This document shows, piece after piece, positions 49,301-56,849 of a stretch of DNA of 64,000 nucleotides (positions are counted from its first letter, which is position 1; every line of letters begins with the position of its first letter). A model generated the notes under the pieces. It was not told where the DNA came from. It saw only the letters and a program-made list of their open reading frames with translations, and ran no database searches. Source of the DNA: Gammaproteobacteria bacterium (lineage in GTDB: Bacteria > Pseudomonadota > Gammaproteobacteria > CAJXQU01); NCBI GenBank assembly GCA_965238175.1, contig CBDEGZ010000003.1:1856001-1920000 (forward strand), written 5' to 3'. Both the position numbers and the translations under genes were made by a program.

Positions 49301-50686
49301 GAAAATACTGTTCTTGATATTGCATCGGGAACGGATGAGATACGACCGTTAGATCTTGCTTCGGATGAGTTAAATACTGAAGACGAAAAGTTAGGTGATA
49401 TAGCAACTTCTGAAACGATAGATTTTTCTATAGAGGATATTGAAACTGTTAAAGTTGAGGATGATGACTTTCTAAACGTAGCGGAATCAGACGAAATAGG
49501 TGTTGCAGGGGTAGACGAAGAGATTGAGGGTATTAGTGAAATGGAAAGCACTTTAAGGGAGCTAGACATACCTGTTGATCTTGAAAGTAGTGACCCATTA
49601 GAAGGGCTAGATGATGAACTTAATATTGATATGCTAGATATTACAGCCGTAGGTAATGATACGACGGATCTAAGCTTAACTATTGAAGGTGAACCTACAG
49701 GTCTTGATACGAATGATTCTGATGCAGAAGAATTATTTGAACTGACTAATGAACTGAAAATAGAAGATGAAGAGGTTCTTTTCTCAACAGCGACTGACGA
49801 CACAGAATTTAATGCTGATGATGCAAAAATTACTGAGGGTAAAACAGTTCCAGCTTTGAATGCTGATCCTGAATTAAGTCAAGTGCAAGATATTACAACC
49901 TCGGAGGAAACCTTAACAGAAGGTGGGGATGAATTGGAATCTCTGGCAAAATCTTTGGAAGATACAATTTCAGGTTTGGATGCAAATGATTTAGATGAAC
50001 TTTCATTTGAATTCGATCCAGAAGGAACGCTTGAGAGCACATTGGGAACTATATCGGATGAAACAGTTCCAGCTTTGAATGCTGATCCTGAATTAAGTCA
50101 AGTGCAAGATACTACAACCTTGGAAGAAACCTTAGCAGAAGGTGGGGATGAACTGGAATCTTTGGCAAAATCTTTGGAAGACACAATTTCAGGTTTGGAT
50201 TCAAATGATCTAAATGAACTTTCATTTGAATTCGATCCAGAAGGAACGCTTGAGAGCACATTGGGAACTATATCGGATGAAACAGTTCCAGCTTTAAATA
50301 CTGATCCTGAATTAAGCCAAGTGCAAGATACTACAATCTCGGAAGAAGCTTTGACAGAAGGTGAGGATGAATATGAGTCTCTGGCAAAATCTTTGGAAGA
50401 TACAATTTCAGGTTTGAATGCAAATGATTTAGATGAACTTTCATTTGAGTACGATCCAGAAGGAACGATTGAGAGTACGTTAGCAAGCACATTGGGAACT
50501 ACATCAGATTTAGACTTTGATAATGATAATGATGGCGATGAAATTGATACGAAATTAAACCTTGCTAAAGCATATATAGAGCTGGGAGATGCAGGTGGAG
50601 CAAAAGATATACTCCATGAGGTAACACTTGATGGTAATCAAGAACAAATTAAAGATGCGCAAACTTTATTAAACCAGATAGGTTAA
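46379..50686 (+). CDS. fimV: FimV/HubP-family polar landmark protein
   Basis: ALGLG...S.LNEP FimV N-domain, LysM (GDTLWDIA...NP.AF...NIN.L), coiled coil, one TM, highly acidic cytoplasmic part and C-terminal TKLNLAKAYIELGD. asd-fimV-truA order. Start uncertain. Confidence 0.9.
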   Translation: MARVFFNRSVRKGQLKSTVDVLPAILRKGILTTFLFLPILANALGLGTLTTESSLNEPFEGRIQLLSTTSEELQTISVNLASVEHFKNAGIERPFLLLALKFEIVEDQAASYLRISSEEAIKEPFLNFLLEVNWAKGRLIREYTALLDPPIFNTDTRVVDTTDTAVSTPVQGRRQNIKIEQRSDNTVTSQVVPRNGSARTAPSSDRTLDDESLVYQEQFKQQQSQNVSRSQFESSLIRGSEYTTRKGDTLWDIARKGRSDRSVSIQQMMLSMLNSNPDAFVDDNINRLKTGKVLRLPDQAEINQISKSEAIALVKQHNSLWDDYRQGLASSAAIRPTGAVTSTGTVVEDQGMAEEESITEPELRLVGTPDGSVASAEGTSGISDENLKITQTLEDEIALANEQLKSGESENFELKDRLQESEEIVELLKQQVELKSQELAAIQKKLRETNQSEAMAEDESMLEDESMLEDESMLEDESMLEDESMLEDESMLEDESMLEDEPMLEDESMLEDESMLEDESMLEDESMLEDESMLEDESMLEDESMLEDESMLEDESMLEDESMLEDESMLEDSSEESIDDILAQLEEEDEFEVNSEEGTVYSENQAEAAADEDTTEYGEYDEPVEDLTGMEDETEFFREESNTDDMREESSSLTEKPDQKMMIEDEVPNSSSGLFESFIPTSVLEMIPGGAITILGILVAIVAFLLFGIFKIFGGKSKEKAEILDFSDPGFIGEEDQFETVVNNFEEVDEESVEVPLANENEFTGGTSSEIDDVELEAEIDFGANDDELFLEGDFDPNLEPESELEPEPERMEVAQREVEPDLEGIPEQDDDEIMTDGLVDLNDTLQQMKPLLEQTEGGGFEEDPLEEVNLSLAYEQFDKAEKLVKKAIEEHPEQDGYKLRLLEVHYAANDMNSYEGAAKSLHKVTSGEGHLWDSAVAMWTEMSPDRELFAPIVEPESPVEEVGEFSTAMPPGEENTVLDIASGTDEIRPLDLASDELNTEDEKLGDIATSETIDFSIEDIETVKVEDDDFLNVAESDEIGVAGVDEEIEGISEMESTLRELDIPVDLESSDPLEGLDDELNIDMLDITAVGNDTTDLSLTIEGEPTGLDTNDSDAEELFELTNELKIEDEEVLFSTATDDTEFNADDAKITEGKTVPALNADPELSQVQDITTSEETLTEGGDELESLAKSLEDTISGLDANDLDELSFEFDPEGTLESTLGTISDETVPALNADPELSQVQDTTTLEETLAEGGDELESLAKSLEDTISGLDSNDLNELSFEFDPEGTLESTLGTISDETVPALNTDPELSQVQDTTISEEALTEGEDEYESLAKSLEDTISGLNANDLDELSFEYDPEGTIESTLASTLGTTSDLDFDNDNDGDEIDTKLNLAKAYIELGDAGGAKDILHEVTLDGNQEQIKDAQTLLNQIG
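47747..48088 (+). repeat. 18-bp tandem repeat x19 encoding (EDESML)n within fimV
   Basis: Unit GAAGATGAATCNATGCTY; 342 bp = 19 x 18, with one EDEPML variant. Confidence 0.95.
49844..50500 (+). repeat. 219-bp (73-aa) tandem triplication within fimV
   Basis: ACAGTTCCAGCTTT recurs at 49844, 50063 and 50282; protein unit TVPALNADPELSQVQD...EGTLESTLGTISDE. Confidence 0.93.
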
Positions 50687-50728
50687 TTACTATTCGAAAT
50701 GATAGAACAATAGAACTCTACTAGATCA

Positions 50729-51385
50729 TTGCGTCATTCAGTTACACGGATTATTAGTTTTCTAATACTCGCTATTTTTTTAGCTCAAGGGAACACATGG
50801 ATAGTAATATTTTCAAGTGTTTTGTTGCTAGCCCTCTTCTTAAATACATCTTTTCAAGATTTTTCTAAGATTATCCAGTCAGTTTTTAGAATGAAGTGGT
50901 TCTTTTTATCCATTTTTCTCGTATACCTTTTTATTGATCCAACAAGTGCGGAGTTAACAATCAGATTTTATGAAGGCTTAAAAAGAGTTTTGATCCTTGT
51001 CGTTTTGATGATGTTGGTAAATTGGCTTCTAGCAATAACACCGCGAGAAGAAATTATTTCAGGGTTAATCTATTTATTATCCCCATTGAGATTAACTGGC
51101 TTACCAACAGAAAAAATTGCATTGAGAATAGAACTTATATTCAGGTATATAGATGATTCCTCTACCCTTGTGAGAGACAGAAAACAGCAGATAAATTCGG
51201 AATCTAAAAGTCTGTTTGAAGTAGGTCATTTTGTTTCAAAGACTTTCTACGAAATTATCGAACAAGCTGATAGTAGAACATTAAATAAAGTTGAAATTAA
51301 CCTTGTTTCAAAGATATCTTTGGAACAGTGGGCTCTACCTTTTCTACTCTTTATTGTTTTGTTTTTGATTCAAACTTTTACATGA
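50729..51385 (+). CDS. CbiQ/EcfT-like transmembrane protein
   Basis: Multi-TM; R.KWFFLSI, T.REE...GL..LL.PL and IALR..L. Typical occupant between fimV and truA. Confidence 0.65.
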   Translation: MRHSVTRIISFLILAIFLAQGNTWIVIFSSVLLLALFLNTSFQDFSKIIQSVFRMKWFFLSIFLVYLFIDPTSAELTIRFYEGLKRVLILVVLMMLVNWLLAITPREEIISGLIYLLSPLRLTGLPTEKIALRIELIFRYIDDSSTLVRDRKQQINSESKSLFEVGHFVSKTFYEIIEQADSRTLNKVEINLVSKISLEQWALPFLLFIVLFLIQTFT

Positions 51386-52152
51386 AATTGGCTTTAGGTA
51401 TTGAATATGATGGTTCCAACTACCATGGTTGGCAAACGCAATCAGATGTTGAAACTGTTCAGGATTGTTTAGAAAAGGCATTGGGGAAAATTGCCGATCA
51501 TACTGTACGAGTTCATTGTGCAGGAAGAACGGACACAAGGGTACACGGCTTAGGTCAAGTGGTACATTTTGAGACATATGCAAATCGTGATATTAGCTCC
51601 TGGTTATTTGGTACTAATGCGAATTTACCAGATGATGTCAGTGTTCAATGGGTAAAAGAAGTTGATGAAGAATTCCACGCTCGTTTTTCTGCGGAACGTA
51701 GAATTTATCAATACTTTATTTTTAATCAGCCAGCACGATCGGCACTTCTGAATAATAAAGTTGTATGGGAACCTAGATCGCTTTCATTAGAGCACATGCA
51801 AAAGGCTGCAGCATTTTTGGTTGGAACACATGACTTTTCTGCTTATCGTTCTCTTACATGCCAGGCTAACACTCCTGTACGTACAATTCACAACCTCACC
51901 GTTAAAAGAAAGGCAGCATTAATTAAGATTGAAATTGATGCTAATGCTTTTTTACATCATATGGTGCGGAATATTTCTGGTGTTCTGATGACGGTTGGAA
52001 TGGGGCGTGCCGATCCTGATTGGGCTAGAGAAGTACTACAAGGACGAGATAGAACCTTAGGTGGGATCACAGCCCCACCTGAAGGTTTGTATCTTTTGAA
52101 AGTAATATATCCAAGTCATTTTAACCTTCCTTCATCAGGTGTAGAAGTTTAG
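51382..52152 (+). CDS. truA: tRNA pseudouridine(38-40) synthase
   Basis: MKLALGIEYDGS.YHGWQ.Q, AGRTD..VH, FHARFSA, AFLHHMVR and TAPPEGLYL. Start ATG 51382 (ATGA overlap). The last codons come from the IS481 end. Confidence 0.95.
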   Translation: MKLALGIEYDGSNYHGWQTQSDVETVQDCLEKALGKIADHTVRVHCAGRTDTRVHGLGQVVHFETYANRDISSWLFGTNANLPDDVSVQWVKEVDEEFHARFSAERRIYQYFIFNQPARSALLNNKVVWEPRSLSLEHMQKAAAFLVGTHDFSAYRSLTCQANTPVRTIHNLTVKRKAALIKIEIDANAFLHHMVRNISGVLMTVGMGRADPDWAREVLQGRDRTLGGITAPPEGLYLLKVIYPSHFNLPSSGVEV

Positions 52153-53365
52153 ACCCAATCTGACACATCACTAAATCAAGCGGAGCGTAGCGACGCTTGA
52201 TTTAGTGAGAGTTACCCGCTTTGATGTAACTGCAACGTAAACATCAAAACACAAAGAGGTAACTCTCATGATTCATACTAATGACAAAGTTATAAAACAT
52301 AAAGTTGGTCTACTCAATCTCGCTGAAGAACTCGGCAATGTCTCAAAAGCCTGCAAGATGATGGGTTTGTCCAGAGATACATTTTATCGCTACAAAGAAG
52401 CGGCTGATGAAGGCGGTGTAGAAGCCTTGTTTGATCGTAATCGGCGTACCCCAAATCTTAAAAACAGAATCGACCCGGCTATTGAAACCGTTGTGCTCGA
52501 GTATGCACTGGAAGAGCCCGCACATGGTCAAACGCGCACCAGTAACGAGCTGCGCAAACGGGGAACATTTGTCTCACCCAGTGGCGTTCGTTGTATCTGG
52601 CTTCGTCATGGTCTTGCTTGCTTTAAAGATCGCCTGAAGGCATTGTCTGATAAGGTAGCTGGTGAAGGCTTGATCCTCACTGAGTCTCAAGTCGCGGCGA
52701 TGGAACGCAAGAAAGACGACGATGAGGCTTGTGGCGAGATAGAGACGGCACACCCTGGTTATCTTGGCTCGCAAGATACTTACTATGTCGGTACTTTCAA
52801 AGGCATTGGTCGGGTTTATCAACAAACGTTTGTTGATACTTACAGCAAGGTCGCTCACGCGAAACTGTACCCGACTAAAACACCGATTACGGCAGCTGAC
52901 ATGCTCAATGACCGCGTCCTCCCATTCTACGAAGAACAACGTTTGCCTATGTTGCGCATTTTGACAGATAGAGGGACGGAGTATTGTGGGCGAGCTGACC
53001 AGCATGATTATCAGCTTTATATGGCGTTGAACAATATCGAACACACCAAAACCAAGGTCAAATCACCTCAGACGAATGGTATTTGTGAGCGATTCCATAA
53101 GACGATCCTCAATGAGTTTTATCAAGTCGCTTTGCGTAAGAAAATTTACCAATCGATTGATGAACTGCAACTCGACCTTGACGAATGGTTGCTCAAATAC
53201 AATACTCAACGAACTCACCAAGGCAAAATGTGCTGCGGGAGGACGCCGATGGAAACACTCATCGACGGACAAGCTATCTGGAAGGAAAAGTTTGTGAATT
53301 AAACTTAACCTGACAGTCGGTTACTGATAATTGGGTAACTGTCAGATCAAATCTGAATTTCTACA
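52140..53365 (+). mobile_element. Complete IS481-family insertion sequence (1226 bp)
   Basis: TGT...ACA ends with 26-bp imperfect IRs (TGTAGAAGTTTAGACCCAATCTGACA / TGTCAGATCAAATCTGAATTTCTACA); 7-bp target duplication CATCAGG (52133-39, 53366-72). Confidence 0.92.
52268..53302 (+). CDS. IS481-family transposase
   Basis: HTH (LGNVSKACK.MG.SRDTFYR) plus integrase-core DDE motifs (SQDT, LTDRGTEY, PQTNGICERF). Confidence 0.93.
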   Translation: MIHTNDKVIKHKVGLLNLAEELGNVSKACKMMGLSRDTFYRYKEAADEGGVEALFDRNRRTPNLKNRIDPAIETVVLEYALEEPAHGQTRTSNELRKRGTFVSPSGVRCIWLRHGLACFKDRLKALSDKVAGEGLILTESQVAAMERKKDDDEACGEIETAHPGYLGSQDTYYVGTFKGIGRVYQQTFVDTYSKVAHAKLYPTKTPITAADMLNDRVLPFYEEQRLPMLRILTDRGTEYCGRADQHDYQLYMALNNIEHTKTKVKSPQTNGICERFHKTILNEFYQVALRKKIYQSIDELQLDLDEWLLKYNTQRTHQGKMCCGRTPMETLIDGQAIWKEKFVN

Positions 53366-53392
53366 CATCAGGCGTAATTTGTCCGGTTTTTT

Positions 53393-56071
53393 TTAACTAA
53401 TTTCCCGCTTTAACGCTCTACATGTAGCTTTGTATTGTTGTTTCAATTCTGAAAATTTTTGCTCAATTGAGTTTAGATGATTATTTTCACCAAATAATTC
53501 CATCTCTTTACACAAGTTAGCTAGGTCTTCAGCACCAAGGTTAGCACTGCTGGATTTTAAACTGTGTGCAGAACTACGGATTTTTTTAGCATCTTTTTTA
53601 TTAACAGCCTGTTCTATTTCATTAACGATTTTTTCTGAGTTTTTAAAATATAAATCGATTATTTTATTCAGAATTTTAGGTGCGCCTTCACGTTGCAGTG
53701 CTTTAATATTATTGAGCGTATTTTTATTTAAACACGTTGTGATATTTTGTTGATGGTTTGTATTGATTGCAGTTGTTGTTTCTTTTTCGTCTTCTGGCTC
53801 CGGGATGAAAAGATCGAGATTGGGCATTTCTTTAATTTCTGGTTCTGGCTGAGTTAATTCTAAAACATCTGTTTCCGAAATTAACCCACGTTCAGGTATT
53901 GGAGTTGCAGATTGTTTTTTTATTTCTTTAGTAATAGTTTCTTTTACTTGTGTATCTGTTGAATTAGGCGCAAAAGTTAAACTATCTTGTTTTAACCATT
54001 TTCGCATTTTTTCTATAAGTTGATTTTTGCTAAATGGCTTAGCGAGGTAATCATTCATTCCGACCTCAAAACATGCTTTTTGATCACCGTCCATTGCATT
54101 TGCAGTTAATGCGATAATGGGTAAATCTTTTTTATCAACCATAGCCTCTCTAATAAATTTTGTCGTCATGTAACCATCCAATTCTGGCATCTGACAATCC
54201 ATTAGAATTAAGTCAAAAGACGACTGCTCTTCGCTAAGTGCGGTAATTACTTGTTTGCCGTTATTAACGACGACAACATTACATCCACATTCTTGTAGGA
54301 CGAGTTCGACGAGTTCTTGATTAACAGGGTTATCTTCTGCAACCAGGACATTTACATCAAATATCGCCTTTGGTGAGTTGGGGGAGGTTTCGTTCTTTTG
54401 AGTCGAAATCTTTTTTCGATTTGGAATGCTTAATGTAGCAAGCAAGGCGTTGTGCAGATCAGATTGTCTGATTGGCTTCGTTAAATAAGATTTTATTCCG
54501 ATAGACGTCCAGACCATTGTTTCTTCAAGATCACTTATTGAATTCATAAGAACCAAAGGTGTGTTGACAAGGATCTTGTTACTTCTCATGACTTTGGCCA
54601 GATTGGCCCCGCTAATGTCAGGCATATCATGATCTAACAATGCTAAAGAAAAAGGTTTCGCATTTTTTTGTGCAGACTCCAGTAACGCAACGGCATTTTT
54701 TGCGCTGTCTGATATAACGACTTCCATTCCCCATACTTTTAATTGCTCTGCAATATTTTTGGCGTTCGATTTATTGTGATCAAGGATAAGAACTTTGACT
54801 CCAGCTAAAGTTGTATTGTCAGATAATTGTGATTTATCTCTATCACTTTCTTTCTTTTCTAATAAAGCTGTGAACCAAAATGTAGATCCTACTCCCAGAA
54901 TACTATCAACACCAATATCTCCACCCATCAGATTGCAGTAGTGTTTGCATATGGTTAGCCCCAGGCCTGTTCCTTTGGACGCGTGCTTATTTGTTGATTG
55001 AGATTGCGAGAAAGATCCAAAAATTGATTTTTGATCTTGCTCAGGAATTCCAGGACCAGTGTCTGTTACTTCAAACCGCGGCAAGCCATCTTTTTGATCG
55101 AGACTTACGCTAATAATAATTTCACCCTTGTCAGTAAATTTGATCGCATTACCTATTAAGTTGCTCAGGATTTGTATTAATCTTTGCTTATCACATAGGA
55201 ACAGAGCATGGTCATTTACGGGATAAATACAAATCAGATCCAAGCCTTTGCTACTCGCGGGTTCGGAGAAAGTACTTGCTACTTCTTCCATTAGTAAGCG
55301 GAGGTCTTGAAATTCGGTATTTAATTCGAGTTTTCCTGCCTCAATTTTGGACAAGTTTAGGATATTATTGATTAAATCTAGTAAATTCTTACCGGACTGG
55401 TGAATAAGGTTGGTCAAATGTGATTGTTTAGTACTCAGCTTCGTATTTTGTAAGAGCTCAGTCATGCCCAATATACCCGTCATAGGGGTTCTAATATCAT
55501 GACTCATACTTGCCAGAAATTCTGATTTAGCCTCAACTTTGTGTAAGGCTTCATCATGAGCTTTCTTGAGTGTTTCTAGTATCTTCTCTTGTTTGATACT
55601 TAGAGCAAGTAAGTTATTGAGATCTTTTTTTGTTTGTAGCTCGTTTAATACTTCTTCATGAATAACACTTTGAACTCCAATATACCCGGAAATAGTTTCA
55701 GATGGCTCTTTGATCGGATCGATTGTGGTTCTAATCCAGATGAGCTTAGATTTTAGCTCAATAGCTAATGGAGAGGTTATTTGATGGCGGATACTCCAGT
55801 GAGATCCTTGTTTTAGTGCCTGGAGTAATTTTATGGCTATGTTTTTTGAATGAGGGATTTCACTCATGGAGCGGCCAATAACGCACTCTTCCGTCCAACC
55901 ATTCAGTTTCAGAAATTTTTGATTTGCGTATTCTATTCGACCTTTTGGATCAGTAATGAAGACAGCATTACTGCTATATTCGATAGCAGAATATATTTTA
56001 GCAGATTGAGGTGTAAGCGTTTTAAGCGTTTTAAGCGTTTCTGACGTCGATTGTTCGGCGCTATTATCCAT
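53393..56071 (-). CDS. Cytoplasmic hybrid sensor histidine kinase (PAS-HisKA-HATPase-REC-REC-Hpt)
   Basis: N-terminal PAS, FLASMSHDIRTP, NLIGNAIKFT, GTGLGL, two receivers (LLDHDMP, LMDCQMP) and Hpt AHSLKSSS; no TM segment seen. Confidence 0.92.
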   Translation of the reverse strand: MDNSAEQSTSETLKTLKTLTPQSAKIYSAIEYSSNAVFITDPKGRIEYANQKFLKLNGWTEECVIGRSMSEIPHSKNIAIKLLQALKQGSHWSIRHQITSPLAIELKSKLIWIRTTIDPIKEPSETISGYIGVQSVIHEEVLNELQTKKDLNNLLALSIKQEKILETLKKAHDEALHKVEAKSEFLASMSHDIRTPMTGILGMTELLQNTKLSTKQSHLTNLIHQSGKNLLDLINNILNLSKIEAGKLELNTEFQDLRLLMEEVASTFSEPASSKGLDLICIYPVNDHALFLCDKQRLIQILSNLIGNAIKFTDKGEIIISVSLDQKDGLPRFEVTDTGPGIPEQDQKSIFGSFSQSQSTNKHASKGTGLGLTICKHYCNLMGGDIGVDSILGVGSTFWFTALLEKKESDRDKSQLSDNTTLAGVKVLILDHNKSNAKNIAEQLKVWGMEVVISDSAKNAVALLESAQKNAKPFSLALLDHDMPDISGANLAKVMRSNKILVNTPLVLMNSISDLEETMVWTSIGIKSYLTKPIRQSDLHNALLATLSIPNRKKISTQKNETSPNSPKAIFDVNVLVAEDNPVNQELVELVLQECGCNVVVVNNGKQVITALSEEQSSFDLILMDCQMPELDGYMTTKFIREAMVDKKDLPIIALTANAMDGDQKACFEVGMNDYLAKPFSKNQLIEKMRKWLKQDSLTFAPNSTDTQVKETITKEIKKQSATPIPERGLISETDVLELTQPEPEIKEMPNLDLFIPEPEDEKETTTAINTNHQQNITTCLNKNTLNNIKALQREGAPKILNKIIDLYFKNSEKIVNEIEQAVNKKDAKKIRSSAHSLKSSSANLGAEDLANLCKEMELFGENNHLNSIEQKFSELKQQYKATCRALKREIS

Positions 56072-56232
56072 AATTTTCTATTAACTAATTAACCGATGGA
56101 ATTTAGTGATAGTTATGTCGGCAGTTTTGATAGAAACTTTAGAGGTGCAACAAGATCTGATCAGATTAGAATGACTGTGTAATCAAGCTCTTGAGTAGGT
56201 TATAGAATAAAGAATTTTATTTTGACATGAGG

Positions 56233-56754
56233 TTATTTTGATCGGTTCAATGCTCGTTTTTTCCAACGGCGTACCAGGTGTAAGCGCCAAAGAAGTCGAA
56301 TTAATAAATTTCCTATAGCTGCGGAAAATACGCCTAGTACAAAACAGCCAGTTAATAGCGGTTTCCAAATATGAACCAAGGTTTCAGAAAGCCAATGGAA
56401 AGATAGCTCGAAGTGCAATACTTCAGCAGGAATATCAAGTATCACAGCACCGACTTTATAGGCAAGGAGAAACATTGGGCCCATTGTGATTGGGTTTGTC
56501 AGAAAAACGGCTGTAACGGTCAGAGGTAGGTTAATATGCGCCAATATTGCGCAAAGTGCAGCCAGAATTACTTGCCCTGGTATAGGAACAAACGCGAGGA
56601 AAAAACCTACGGCAATAGCATTCGCGGCAGAACGGCGATTTAAGTGCCAAAGGTTTGGATCGTGCAACCACTCTCCCAGAATTTTTAAAGACTGATGGTT
56701 ATGAAAATGTTGTCGTTGAGGGACGTAGCGTTTGTATAATTTTCTCGGATCCAT
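56233..56754 (-). CDS. DUF2062-family membrane protein
   Basis: LWHLNRRSAA.A.AVG.F.AF.P.PGQ and TNPIT; usual divergent neighbour of comEC. Start probably ATG 56754. Confidence 0.85.
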   Translation of the reverse strand: MDPRKLYKRYVPQRQHFHNHQSLKILGEWLHDPNLWHLNRRSAANAIAVGFFLAFVPIPGQVILAALCAILAHINLPLTVTAVFLTNPITMGPMFLLAYKVGAVILDIPAEVLHFELSFHWLSETLVHIWKPLLTGCFVLGVFSAAIGNLLIRLLWRLHLVRRWKKRALNRSK

Positions 56755-56849
56755 GTAGAAAAAGAACTGCTTACTATTAATGCGGTATGTTGCAGTATAC
56801 CGCAGCACAACTAAAATAGCCCGATGAGATTGGATATTGTGCGTTAGTT

